Positions 42,402-54,500 of a DNA stretch of 64,000 bases are shown piece after piece (position 1 is the stretch's first letter; each line of letters begins with the position of its first letter). The notes beneath the pieces were generated by a model. It saw only the letters and a list, made by a program, of their open reading frames with translations. It did no database searches and was not told where the DNA came from. Position numbers and translations under genes: made by a program. Origin of the DNA: Macrostomum lignano (lineage: Eukaryota); NCBI GenBank assembly GCA_002269645.1, contig NIVC01000001.1, forward strand, positions 2,232,001 to 2,296,000. Reading direction: 5' to 3'.

Positions 42402-43331
42402 TCAGACATTTCCATGGCAGCTGCTGTCACTCTCGCAGCAGGGCGTCTCTCCTGCTGCCGGCTGCACTTCCATCTGTGACTGCATCGCCGGCGGAAGCAG
42501 CAGCGACGGCGGCGGCGGCGGCGGCAGAGGCGGGGGTGAAGGCCTCTGCAATACGGACGCGGCGAAGGCCACAGAGAAGGTTCGACGCCGAACAGGCGTC
42601 ACGAGGCCGCTGAGGCTCCGTCGCGATCGGGAGCAGCGCAGCGGTGACCAGCCGCCGCCGCCGCCAGAGCCGCAGCCGGACACGGGGGAGCTGCCAGCAG
42701 ACCGATCGGAGCCGGACTGCTGCTGCTGCTGCTGCTGCTGCTGGTGGCAGGGACGCTTAGCCGCTGGCGGAGTCAGCGGGCTTTGCAGAGAGGGGCTGAA
42801 GCACTGCTTATCGGCTGCGCCAGTTGTCCCCGAGGTGGCAACTGCGGCAGAGGCGGCGGCGGCGGCGGCGGCATTAAAATCGCAGGCAACAAACAGCGGA
42901 GAGGACAGCTTCCGCTTCCTGCTAGACGGAGACGCCGGCTGCGGATCCGAGGACTCCGATGATGACGAGAGCGACAGGTTGTCCCAGGCGCAGGCGACGC
43001 TGAGGTTGGCGCTGAACAGCTGCTCGTGGGCCAGCTCCCTGGCCGAGGCGGTCGACGGCGCCTCCTGGGCTCGCAGCTGCTGCACCCGGCTGCTGGGGTT
43101 TCTGGAACCGGCGCTGGACAGTCGGGGCCGAGCCGGCGAGCCCGACTGCTCATTCTGATGATGATGCGGGGGCGGCTGAGAGTTCTCCGGTTGCTGGGGA
43201 CCCGGAGACGAAGAGTGCCGGTGTTGGTGGTGCCGGTGATGCCGGTGGTGGCGATGAACCGGCTGGGGGTCGCTGAAGCCGCCGCCTTCGGCTTCATCGA
43301 CGTCGCTCACACTGGCGCCGCTGCACTGCAT
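42402..43331 (-). CDS. FAM122/PABIR-like protein (PP2A-B55 interacting regulator family), about 309 aa
   Basis: [11 protein letters not shown]...[25 protein letters not shown] and [10 protein letters not shown] resemble FAM122A SSRLHQIKQEE...RETVHEREVQTAMQISHSWEESFSLS and [10 protein letters not shown] (recalled). First Met after acceptor 43343-43344 is 43331. The 3' end abuts a (CTGT)n array and is uncertain. Confidence 0.72.
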   Translation of the reverse strand: MQCSGASVSDVDEAEGGGFSDPQPVHRHHRHHRHHQHRHSSSPGPQQPENSQPPPHHHQNEQSGSPARPRLSSAGSRNPSSRVQQLRAQEAPSTASARELAHEQLFSANLSVACAWDNLSLSSSSESSDPQPASPSSRKRKLSSPLFVACDFNAAAAAAASAAVATSGTTGAADKQCFSPSLQSPLTPPAAKRPCHQQQQQQQQQSGSDRSAGSSPVSGCGSGGGGGWSPLRCSRSRRSLSGLVTPVRRRTFSVAFAASVLQRPSPPPLPPPPPPSLLLPPAMQSQMEVQPAAGETPCCESDSSCHGNV

Positions 43332-43399
43332 GCAAAACTGGGCTGAAACATTTATTAGAAAATTATCGTATGAAATTTCTGTTTTACAAAACAGTGAGT

Positions 43400-44797
43400 C
43401 AGAATTTCCCTCCATCACCTGGGAGGTGAGCCACAATTCCCCTCAATTACCTGGGAGGTGAGCCAGAATTTCCCTTAATCACCTGTGAGATGAGTCAGAA
43501 TTCCCCACAATCACCTGTGAGATGAGCCAGAATTCCCCTCAATCACCTGTGAGATGAGCCACAATTCCCCTCAATTACCTGGGAGGTGAGCCAGAATTCC
43601 CCTTAATCACCTGTGAGATGAGTCAGAATTCCCCACAATCACCTGTGAGATGAGCCAGAATTCCCCTCAATCACCTGTGAGATGAGTCAGAATTCCCCAC
43701 AATCACCTGTGAGATGAGCCACAATTCCCCTCAATCACCTGTGAGATGAGCCAGAATTCCCCTCAATCACCTGTGAGATGAGCCAGAATTCCCCTCAATC
43801 ACCTGTGAGATGAGCCAGAATCCCCCTCAATCACCTGTGAGATGAGCCAGAATTCCCCTCAATCACCTGTGAGATGAGCCAGAATTCTCCTCAATTACCT
43901 GTGAAATGAGCCAGAATTCCCCTCAATCACCTGTGAGATGAGCCAGAATTCCCCTCAATCACCTGTGAGATGAGCCAGAATTCCCCTCAATCACCTGTGA
44001 GATGAGCCAGAATTCCCCTCAATCACCTGTGAGATGAGCCAGAATCCCCCTCAATCACCTGTGAGATGAGCCAGAATTCCCCTCAATCACCTGTGAGATG
44101 AGCCAGAATTCCCCTCAATCACCCGTGAGATGAGCCAGAATTCCCCTCAATCACCTGTGAGATGAGCCAGAATTCCCCTCAATCACCTGTGAGATGAGCC
44201 AGAATTCCCCTCAATCACCTGTGAGATGAGCCAGAATTCCCCTCAATCACCTGTGAGATGAGCCAGAATCCCCCTCAATCACCTGTGAGATGAGCCACAA
44301 TTCCCCTCAATCACCTGTGAGATGAGCCAGAATTCCCCTCAATCACCTGTGAGATGAGCCAGAATTCTCCTCAATTACCTGTGAGATGAGCCAGAATTCC
44401 CCTCAATCACCTGTGAGATGAGCCAGAATTCCCCTCAATCACCTGTGAGATGAGCCAGAATTCCCCTCAATCACCTGTGAGATGAGCCAGAATTCCCCTC
44501 AATCACCTGTGAGATGAGCCAGAATCCCCCTCAATCACCTGTGAGATGAGCCAGAATTCCCCTCAATCACCTGTGAGATGAGCCAGAATTCCCCTCAATC
44601 ACCTGTGAGATGAGCTAGAATTCTCCTCAATTACCTGTGAAATGAGCCAGAATTCCCCTCAATCACCTGTGAGATGAGCCAGAATTCCCCTTAATCACCT
44701 GTGAGATGAGCCAGAATTCCCCTCAATCACCCGTGAGATGAGCCAGAATTCCCCTCAATCACCTGTGAGATGAGCCAGAATTCCCCTCAATCACCCG
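43400..44797. repeat. 32-bp minisatellite (GAATTCCCCTCAATCACCTGTGAGATGAGCCA)n, about 43 copies
   Basis: Direct reading. Confidence 0.95.
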
Positions 44798-45539
44798 CTA
44801 TAAATCATAACACCCTTACAAGTGGCAATTATCAAACACAAACAACCAATTTCAAAACAAAGGTGCAATATATTTTGCAAAAAAAGCGCAAAAATATGTG
44901 AAGCCTGATCCAGAGATGCAAAACTACAAATTTACCCGACAGAACAAGACTTCAACACAAGAAAAGCATAATTTCGAGTTCAAAACAAGCGCTTAGCAAC
45001 TTCCAATGATAATAAATTCAGGAGTCAAGCCCATATAATAAAAGTACAATACAAAATTAACAGAATAGGTATTAGCCAAACAACATCGGTGCAGAAAATT
45101 TGTTTTATCGTTGTTGTTAATCAAAATCGAATCACTATAGGTTACAATTTACAACAATCAACGAGACTATATAATATAATATACTTTTTTTGCGAGCTAG
45201 AAAGCGCTACGCACAACAAAATGGAGTCTAAGTCCAATGCCTGTTTTTTAGTCAGGAAAAATAGGTGCTGTGTTAAAAAACAGCTACATAATCGAATGAT
45301 CCATAGGCTTTAGTACGTATCTGTTCGATGTGAACAAAAATGAATCAACAAATTATGGAGATCAGGAGATGGAAAAATATTGGAAATGCTTTTACAAATT
45401 ATTTCGATTCTTGCTTGAAGACAATTTTAGCTAGCTATAGGATAGATTAGAAAGTGAAATATTGACCGATTAATACCGTTAAAATAACATTTTAATAACA
45501 GAATGTTCACAGGCCAGAGCTCTCTCAGCCTTAGTGCAT

Positions 45540-48500
45540 TTAAGTAGGCTTATTAGCAAATTTCTTCTTGCCTTCATCGCTGATCTGACAGATGTGCTGC
45601 AAATCAACAGAAATGTTTATCTATGTTAGTTAGTTGAAAACGGCCCTTTTAAGGACACTAATATCGCGACATTCGCAATGCAACTTGAATTCATTTCCAA
45701 TGCATCCAACTGAAACTCATTTCCAATGCATCCATCTTAAACTCATTTCCAATGCATCTAACTGAAACTCATTTCCAATGCATCCAACTGAAACTCATTT
45801 CCAATGCATCCATCTTAAACTCATTTCCAATGCATCCAACTGAAACTCATTTCCAATGCATCCAACTGAAACTCATTTCCAATGCATCCAACTGAAACTC
45901 ATTTCCAATGCATCAAACTGAAACTCATTTCCAATGCATCCAACTAAAACTCATTTCCAATGCATCTAACTGAAACTCATTTCCAATGCATCCAACTGAA
46001 ACTCATTTCCAATGCATCCATCTTAAACTCATTTCCAATGCATCAAACTGAAACTCATTTCCAATGCATCCAACTGAAACTCATTTCCAATGAATCAAAC
46101 TGAAACTCATTTCCAATGCATCCAACTGAAACTCATTTCCAATGCATCCAACTGAAACTCATTTCCAAAGCATCCATCTTAAACTCATTTCCAATGCATC
46201 CAACTGAAACTCATTTCCAATGCATCTTAAACTCATTTCCAAAGCATCCAACTGAAACTCATTTCCAATGCATCTTAAACTCATTTCCAAAGCATCCAAC
46301 TGAAACTCATTTCCAATGCATCCAACTGAAACTCATTTCCAATGCATCCATCTTAAACTCATTTCCAATGCATCCAACTGAAACTCATTTCCAATGCATC
46401 CAACTGAAACTCATTTCCAATGCATCCAACTGAAACTCATTTCCAATGCATCAAACTGAAACTCATTTCCAATGCATCCAACTAAAACTCATTTCCAATG
46501 CATCTAACTGAAACTCATTTCCAATGCATCCAACTGAAACTCATTTCCAATGCATCCATCTTAAACTCATTTCCAATGCATCAAACTGAAACTCATTTCC
46601 AATGCATCCAACTGAAACTCATTTCCAATGAATCAAGCTGAAACTCATTTCCAATGCATCCAACTGAAACTCATTTCCAATGCATCCAACTGAAACTCAT
46701 TTCCAAAGCATCCATCTTAAACTCATTTCCAATGCATCCAACTGAAACTCATTTCCAATGCATCTTAAACTCATTTCCAAAGCATCCAACTGAAACTCAT
46801 TTCCAATGCATCTTAAACTCATTTCCAAAGCATCCAACTGAAACTCATTTCCAATGCATCCAACTGAAACTCATTTCCAATGCATCCATCTTAAACTCAT
46901 TTCCAAAGCATCTAACTGAAACTCATTTCCAAAGCATCCAACTAAAACTCATTTCCAATGCATCAAACTGAAACTCATTTCCAATGCATCCATCTTAAAC
47001 TCATTTCCAAAGCATCCATCTTAAACTCATTTCCAATGCATCCAACTGAAACTCATTTCCAATGCATCTTAAACTCATTTCCAAAGCATCCAACTGAAAC
47101 TCATTTCCAATGCATCCAACTGAAACTCATTTCCAATGCATCCATCTTAAACTCATTTCCAATGCATCCAACTGAAACTCATTTCCAATGCATCCAACTG
47201 AAACTCATTTCCAATGAATCAAACTGAAACTCATTTCCAATGCATCCAACTGAAACTCATTTCCAATGCATCCAACTGAAACTCATTTCCAAAGCATCCA
47301 TCTTAAACTCATTTCCAATGCATCCAACTGAAACTCATTTCCAATGCATCTTAAACTCATTTCCAAAGCATCCAACTGAAACTCATTTCCAATGCATCCA
47401 ACTGAAACTCATTTCCAATGCATCCAACTGAAACTCATTTCCAATGCATCCATCTTAAACTCATTTCCAAAGCATCTAACTGAAACTCATTTCCAAAGCA
47501 TCCAACTAAAACTCATTTCCAATGCATCAAACTGAAACTCATTTCCAATGCATCCATCTTAAACTCATTTCCAAAGCATCCATCTTAAACTCATTTCCAA
47601 TGCATCCAACTGAAACTCATTTCCAATGCATCTTAAACTCATTTCCAAAGCATCCAACTGAAACTCATTTCCAATGCATCCATCTTAAACTCATTTCCAA
47701 AGCATCAAACTGAAACTCATTTCCAATGCATCTTAAACTCATTTCCAAAGCATCCAACTAAAACTCATTTCCAATGCATCAAACTGAAACTCATTTCCAA
47801 TGCATCCATCTTAAACTCATTTCCAATGCATCAAACTGAAACTCATTTCCAATGCATCCATCTTAAACTCATTTCCAATGCATCCATCTTAAACTCATTT
47901 CCAATGCATCCATCTTAAACTCATTTCCAAAGCATCAAACTGAAACTCATTTCCAATGCATCTTAAACTCATTTCCAAAGCATCCAACTGAAACTCATTT
48001 TCATTCCCAACCCACGAAAGAAACTCAAACCCAACCTGTGGACAAAGGAATATGCTGGTTTTTTAAGTGTAGGAAAGATTCTTAACTAGTGGAAAAATTT
48101 ACTAACCAAATCATCAATAAGAGGCCTGCATAGTGACAAAATTTTCAAATAAGATCTTTACAAAGTTCTGGTGATATGCAACCCTGTCTGTTACCTTGAG
48201 ATCGCGAAAGTTCTCATTGTAGTCAAGAGCGTAGCCAACAATGAACATGTTGGGCACAGAGAAGCCGACATCTGGAATAAAATTACAATATCAATAGCAC
48301 TGCAGTTGCTAACTGGGACAGCGGCAGTACAAAAAAGAATATATTTATTTAATCTTTTTAGGTCGAGTGCTGGACACAGAAAGGGGGCAAAGTGCCAAGC
48401 TGAAACCAATGTCTATTGACTGCCACTACTGCAATGCCAAAAGCCAGTAAGTTGACTGCCGACTCTAACATAAACCTAAATTCTAACCATATAAACCTAA

Positions 48501-51500
48501 TCTTAACCCTAAACACTAACCTAAGGCCGAAACACTATCCTTTTCCTAAAGCCTAAAAATTAACTGAAATTCTAAACATGAACATAAACCCTGAACCACA
48601 GAACCCTAAGCACTAACCTAAACCCTTAACACTAACCTAAACCCTAAACACTCACTTAAACACTAAACACTCACTTCAACACTAAACACTAACCTGAAGC
48701 CTAAACACTAACCTGAAGCCTAAACACTAACCTGAAGCCTAAACACTAGCCTAAACCCTAAACACTAACCTAAAGCCTAAACACTAACCTAAACCCTAAA
48801 CACTAGCCTAAACCCTAAACACTAGCCTAAACCCTAAACACTAGAATAAACCCTAAAAACTAGCCTAAACCCTAAACACTAACCTAAACCATAAACACTA
48901 GCCTAAACCCTAAACACTAACCTAAACCATAAACACTAGCCTAAACCCTAAACACTAGAATAAACCCTAAAAACTAGCCTAAACCCTAAACACTAGCCTA
49001 AACCCTAAACACTAGCCTAAACCATAAACACTAGCCTAAACCCTAAACACTAACCTAAACCATAAACACTAGCCTAAACCCTAAACATTAACCAAACCAT
49101 AAACACTAGCCTAAACCCTAAACACTAACCTAAACCATAAACACTAGCCTAAACCCTAAAAACTAACCTGAAGCTTAAAAACTAACCTGAAGCCTAAACA
49201 CTAGCCTAAACCATGAACCACAGAACCCTAAACACTAATCTAAACCCTAAACACTAACCTGAAGCCTAAACACTAACCCAAACCCTAAACACTAACCTGC
49301 GAGTAAACCCTAAACAACTCGACTAAACCCTAATAATTCCCTCGAGATTTACTCTGAGAGATGGAATTCTGCGGCCAAACTAATATACCTCTAAGTGATT
49401 ATCTTTCAGTAAGTGTAAGTAACCAAGTTAAATTAAGCTACACCAAGAGGTCGCTTACAGTCAGGAAACAGGCCATTATGCAGTGGAGTCCGCTTCAACA
49501 ACAAGCTGGCAACCTTAATAGTCTTGGGCTTGTACTGGTGCAGGTGCTCAATCAGCTTGCTGAGCGTGTGGCCGGTGTCAACAATGTCCTCAACTACTAG
49601 CACGGTCTGCAATTAAAAATGGTAATTTATACAAGTCAGCAAAGACAGGATCACAGCTACTAGAATTAACTAAACTAACCTTATTAGCCAGAACTTCCAA
49701 ATCGTAGAGCTTCATAATGCTCACACTGCCCGTTGACTGGTCATTCTGAAAATTAGCCGGTTTGATTTGAGTTAGAAAAAATGAGAGTCGTTGCAGGTAA
49801 CACAGGTAAAATAGGATCCAGCAGTGACTCCAGACGACTCTACAAGGACAAGATGTCACCGTACAAGTCGTGAAAGAGTCGCCTAAGAGTTAATTGGAGG
49901 CGTTTTGATTGTCTGCGACTTCTGAAACGAAGCACTTTTATAATGACTCTGGGGCCGCAGAGTCGTGTCTGAGGCGTGCTGGAGTCGCTGCAGAATCTGC
50001 ATAATCACTGAGTTGCGTCTAAAGTGCATTTGCGCTCAGATAGTAAAATAATGAGATGGGCCACTCAGCACATTTGCGTGTAAGCTACTTTTAGTTCAGT
50101 AGTAGGTTAAACAGAAGCATTTTATGCTATTTTTACTTTTCACTTTTCCACACTACCCCAGACCGCCCCACCCCAATTTTTATTGCCTTTTACGAATTCC
50201 AGCCTAGATCTGCCATGTACATTTCAGTGGACTGACTAATGTACATTATTGCTGAACCAATTAGCAAGCTGTTTACGTCTGCAAGCTTGGGCTTCTAAAC
50301 TTATCAAACTTATTTCAGCTGCCTTTATCTTTAATAATAAACAATATAAAAACTGCTCGCTGAACTGAAGCAATGCAGAGTAAAGCGTCTTGATCAAGGA
50401 CACAGATTGTTCTAGCGGTATCTGGAATCGAATCCCCGACCTTCCAAGTAGAAAGTTGTTTTACTAAGTAAGCATATATGCCTGAGTGGCTCATCTAGTT
50501 CTAGGAAAGCACTAACAGTCCATTCTGAGGACTGCATGAAACCATTTCTGCCGATAGAAATCTCCCCGTGAGCAAACCTGGTAGCTTTTAGCGCGAATGA
50601 AATGACTAGAAATCTCCCCGTGAGCAAACCTGGTAGCTTCTAGCGCGAATGAAATGACTAGAAATCTCCCCGTGAGCAAACCTGGTAGCTTTTAGCGCGA
50701 ATGAAATGACTAGAAATCTCCCCCCTGTGAGCAAACCTGGTAGCTTTTAGCGCGAATGAAATGACTAGAAATCTCCCCCCTGTGAGCAAACCTGGTAGCT
50801 TTTAGCGCGAATGAAATGACTAGAAATCTCCCCCCTGTGAGCAAACCTGGTAGCTTTTAGCGCGAATGAAATGACTAGAAATCTCCCCCCTGTGAGCAAA
50901 CCTGGTAGCTTTTAGCGCGAATGAAATGACTAGAAATCTCCCCCCTGTGAGCAAACCTGGTAGCTTTTAGCGCGAATGAAATGACTAGAAATCTCCCCCC
51001 TGTGAGCAAACCTGGTAGCTTTTAGCGCGAATGAAATGACTAGAAATCTCCCCCCTGTGAGCAAACCTGGTAGCTTTTAGCGCGAATGAAATGACTAGAA
51101 ATCTCCCCCCTGTGAGCAAACCTGGTAGCTTTTAGCGCGAATGAAATGACTAGAAATCTCCCCCTGTTTAGGAGTTGGCTTACATGTACGAGTGTACTTT
51201 TCATTCACCTACGCGTAACTTTCATAGCAGAGATTTTGATACGTACGTTTCAGCCCCAGCCCCCATTTATAATGTTCAGCAGCACCCACCCCATTTATTT
51301 AAAATTATTGCAATATATAGTTATCAGCCTCTCCAGAGAGAGTGCGCACGCTGGTTGTTTTGTTCGGTTGGCTAGTAGCCGAAAAATAGTCGCTTACTGC
51401 GAAGACTCAATTTATTGAATGAACCATCAAAACATCTGGTAGCAGAGCGTGGTTCTACTTGTGGTTCTACTTGTGGTTCTACTTCATTGGTAAAAGATGT

Positions 51501-54500
51501 CTGATGAAGAAGCAGAGATGCAAGAACAAGTGCCGGAGGGAGACAGCCGTCTCATTTCGCTGAAGGCCAGAAAAGCGGTCGACAAGTGCGCGTTCACGAA
51601 GCAGCGGAATCGTCTACTGAAGGTATTGGGCTCGGACGGAGCTACTTTAGCGGACGTGGAACCGCTGGCCGGCACTCTGGATGACCACTACGAGCGAGTT
51701 AGTGCGGTGCTACAAGCGATTCTGCCCGAGGTCGTCGGGAATCTACCAGTGCAAGTCCAGACAGTAAAGGAGTTGGAAAAGCTGGAGACTGAGTACGGTG
51801 AGATTGTAAATTTGCTGAGAGAATTGCGCAAGAGGGAACGAGAGGTGCGACTAGAGTCGAGGGAGATCGAGCAGAAAGAGATGCGACAGAAGGAGTTGGA
51901 GGCAGTCAGGCGGCAGCGGATAGAGATGGAGGAGGAGGAGCGCAGAATGCAGCAGGAGTTTGCAGAGAGGCAGCGCGAGTTAGATGTCAGATTGGATGCG
52001 CTAAGACTGGCAGAGACGTCAGCGAGTGCAAATGATCAATTGTACTCCTCTCAACTACGGGTAGAAGCGGCCGTCCAATCGCAAGCTGCGTACTCAGTAC
52101 CAGTCGCCAACCCCATGGTTCAAGCCGACCCTTCAGTCAACCCCTTAATTGGGGGAGGGTCAGATCAACTAAGGAGCGCTGAGCAAGGGGGTGAGAGAGT
52201 AAAGGCCGGAGAAAAATCAATACCACCCACCCCAACTGGCGGCAAGTGTGACCACGCTGATTCTAACCAACCCCGCGGACAGCTAGGTATCCAAGCTATG
52301 TACGGTGGAGCTAATTCGCCAATTGGGGCTTCACCGGCCGCCGCAGCAGAATGTACAGCGAAAGCTTGGGCTGAGGAAAGAATCGGTCAGGATATGTGGA
52401 GGCAGTTGCAGAGAGTTGCGATACCGGTGTTTAGTGGAGACAAACGGGAGTTTGAAGGATGGCGGGCGGCTTTCTATGCCTGCGTGCATGCCTCGCCATC
52501 TTCAGAAGCCTATAAGTTGTTGCAATTGCGCCAGTCGCTGCGAGGAGAGGCATTAAAACTTGTTGCGAATCTTGGCTACTCGGAGTTCGCCTACAAAGCG
52601 GCTCTGGAAAGGCTTGAGCGGGAGTATGGTGGAGAGAGACGAAGACTGATGCTGGCACTGGAGGACTTGGATAGTTTCCAACCTATTCAGATAGAGAATG
52701 CAAGTCAATTAAAAAAGCTGGCCGACTTGCTGGATGTTACGGTAGTTAATCTACAGGCTGCAGGGCGAGAGAGTGAGCTAAGCAACAATGGACTTATGTA
52801 CTTGAGAGTGCAAAAGAAGCTGCCAACCGAAACCCTAGCTCGTTTTCATCGGTGGATCGGAGAAGCTAGGAAAGAAGATTCGCTCAGAACGTTGCATCGA
52901 TGGCTTCTGACGGAGGCAGATTACATGACAGTAGCGTGTGAGGCGGTAAGAGGCGTGGCTTCTTCCGGTGAGACCGGACGGCACGACAGTGTAAAAGCCA
53001 AGAAAACTGTTTCCCGAGGGGTAGCCGCAGCACGCTCGTTTTTTGTGAAGACGAATGATTCGAATAGCCAAAACAAAGAACAGGCGGAAGGGCGAAAAGG
53101 TTGTGGTCTCTGCGGAGAACAGCACGGAGTTTGGAGCTGCCCAAGGTTTCAACGAATGGAACCTGGAGCCAGATGGGCGATGGTTCGTGACAAGCGCCTG
53201 TGCTTCTGCTGCTTGGGAGCAAACCATCTAGCCGGTGCGTGCAAGCGAGCGAGAGTGTGCGGTGTTGATGGCTGCAAAGCAAACCATAATCGGCTGCTGC
53301 ATCAACGAGGGCCGGCGGCGACAACGGCGAATCCGCATGAAGGGGGGTCGCCCAAAACGATCGAAAGACCAAAGTCCTTCCAGGAGAAGAAGAGCACAGT
53401 TCAAGAGCCGCAAGAGGCATGCACTTTACTGGCCAGAACATCGCCGTCAATAGCGCTGAGGACTGTGCCCGTGATTTTATCCAACGGCGGTCGGGAAGTC
53501 CGAGTGAATGTCTTGCTGGACGACGCTAGCACCCGGTCGTACCTGAACTCTGACGTTGCAGCGGAACTCGGCTTGGAAGGCAACCTCGAACCGATGACGG
53601 TAAAGGTTCTGAACGGCCAGGTGAGCACCTTTCAGACGGTTCCGGTTGAGGTCGACATCCGCAGTCTGGACGGCGCCTTTCGTGCCACAGTTACGGCCCA
53701 CACAACTGAGAAAGTGACCGGTGGGATGGAAGCCGTAGATTGGAGCCAGCTTGCAAAGCGTTGGGCTCATCTGAGGGGCGTGCCGTTCGACAAAATTAAA
53801 GGGAAGCAGACTGTGGATATGCTCATTGGTGTGGACAATGCAGACTTGCACTTTGCCTGTCGCGAAGTAGGTGGGCAACCTGGAGAGCCGATTGCCAGAC
53901 TGACGCCAATTGGGTGGACCTGCGTTGGACCAGTGAATCAAGTAGGAACTGCAGAAGAGCAGCAGCAGCAGACATTCTTTACGGTGACGGCGGAGAACGA
54001 GGCATCTGATCTTCTGCGGAAGATGTGGGAGATCGATGAAGTGCCAGATGGAGGACAGCAGGCCAGAATGTCCGCTGAAGATCAAAAGATCGTAGAAGCG
54101 ACACGAGCATCCTTGAAGATGGAGAACGGCAGGTTTCAAGTGGCGATTCCTTGGAAAAAGAATCCGGAAGAACTACCTATGAACAACGAAGCTGCCCTAC
54201 AGCGTCTCGTCAGCACAGAAAAGCGCTTGCTGAAGAACCCGGAGCTAGCGAAGGCGTACCAGGCTGTGATAGACAAGCATCTGGCAAAAGGCTATGTGCG
54301 GGAGGTCGGCATCAGCGAGCCAAGTCAGGCTGGCCAGTGGTTCTTGCCGCATTTCGCGATAGTGCGGGCCGATAAGGAGACGACCAAAGTTCGAATTGTG
54401 TTTGATGCAGCGGCTCGGAGCAATGGGGTCTGCCTAAATGACACCATTCATACGGGACCGAAGTTGCAGCAGGATTTGCTAAAGGTGCTCCTACGGTTCC

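Noticed and set aside
40650-47713. ORFs with periodic peptides (HLEFPAVRYQ..., CLSV..., MHPTETHFQC...)
   Set aside because: Peptide period equals the DNA repeat unit; they are intronic or intergenic satellites.
51378-51434. SL-like segment as a functional SL RNA gene
   Set aside because: No GT donor after the ATG and no Sm-site/U-rich intron portion; it is embedded in an LTR.
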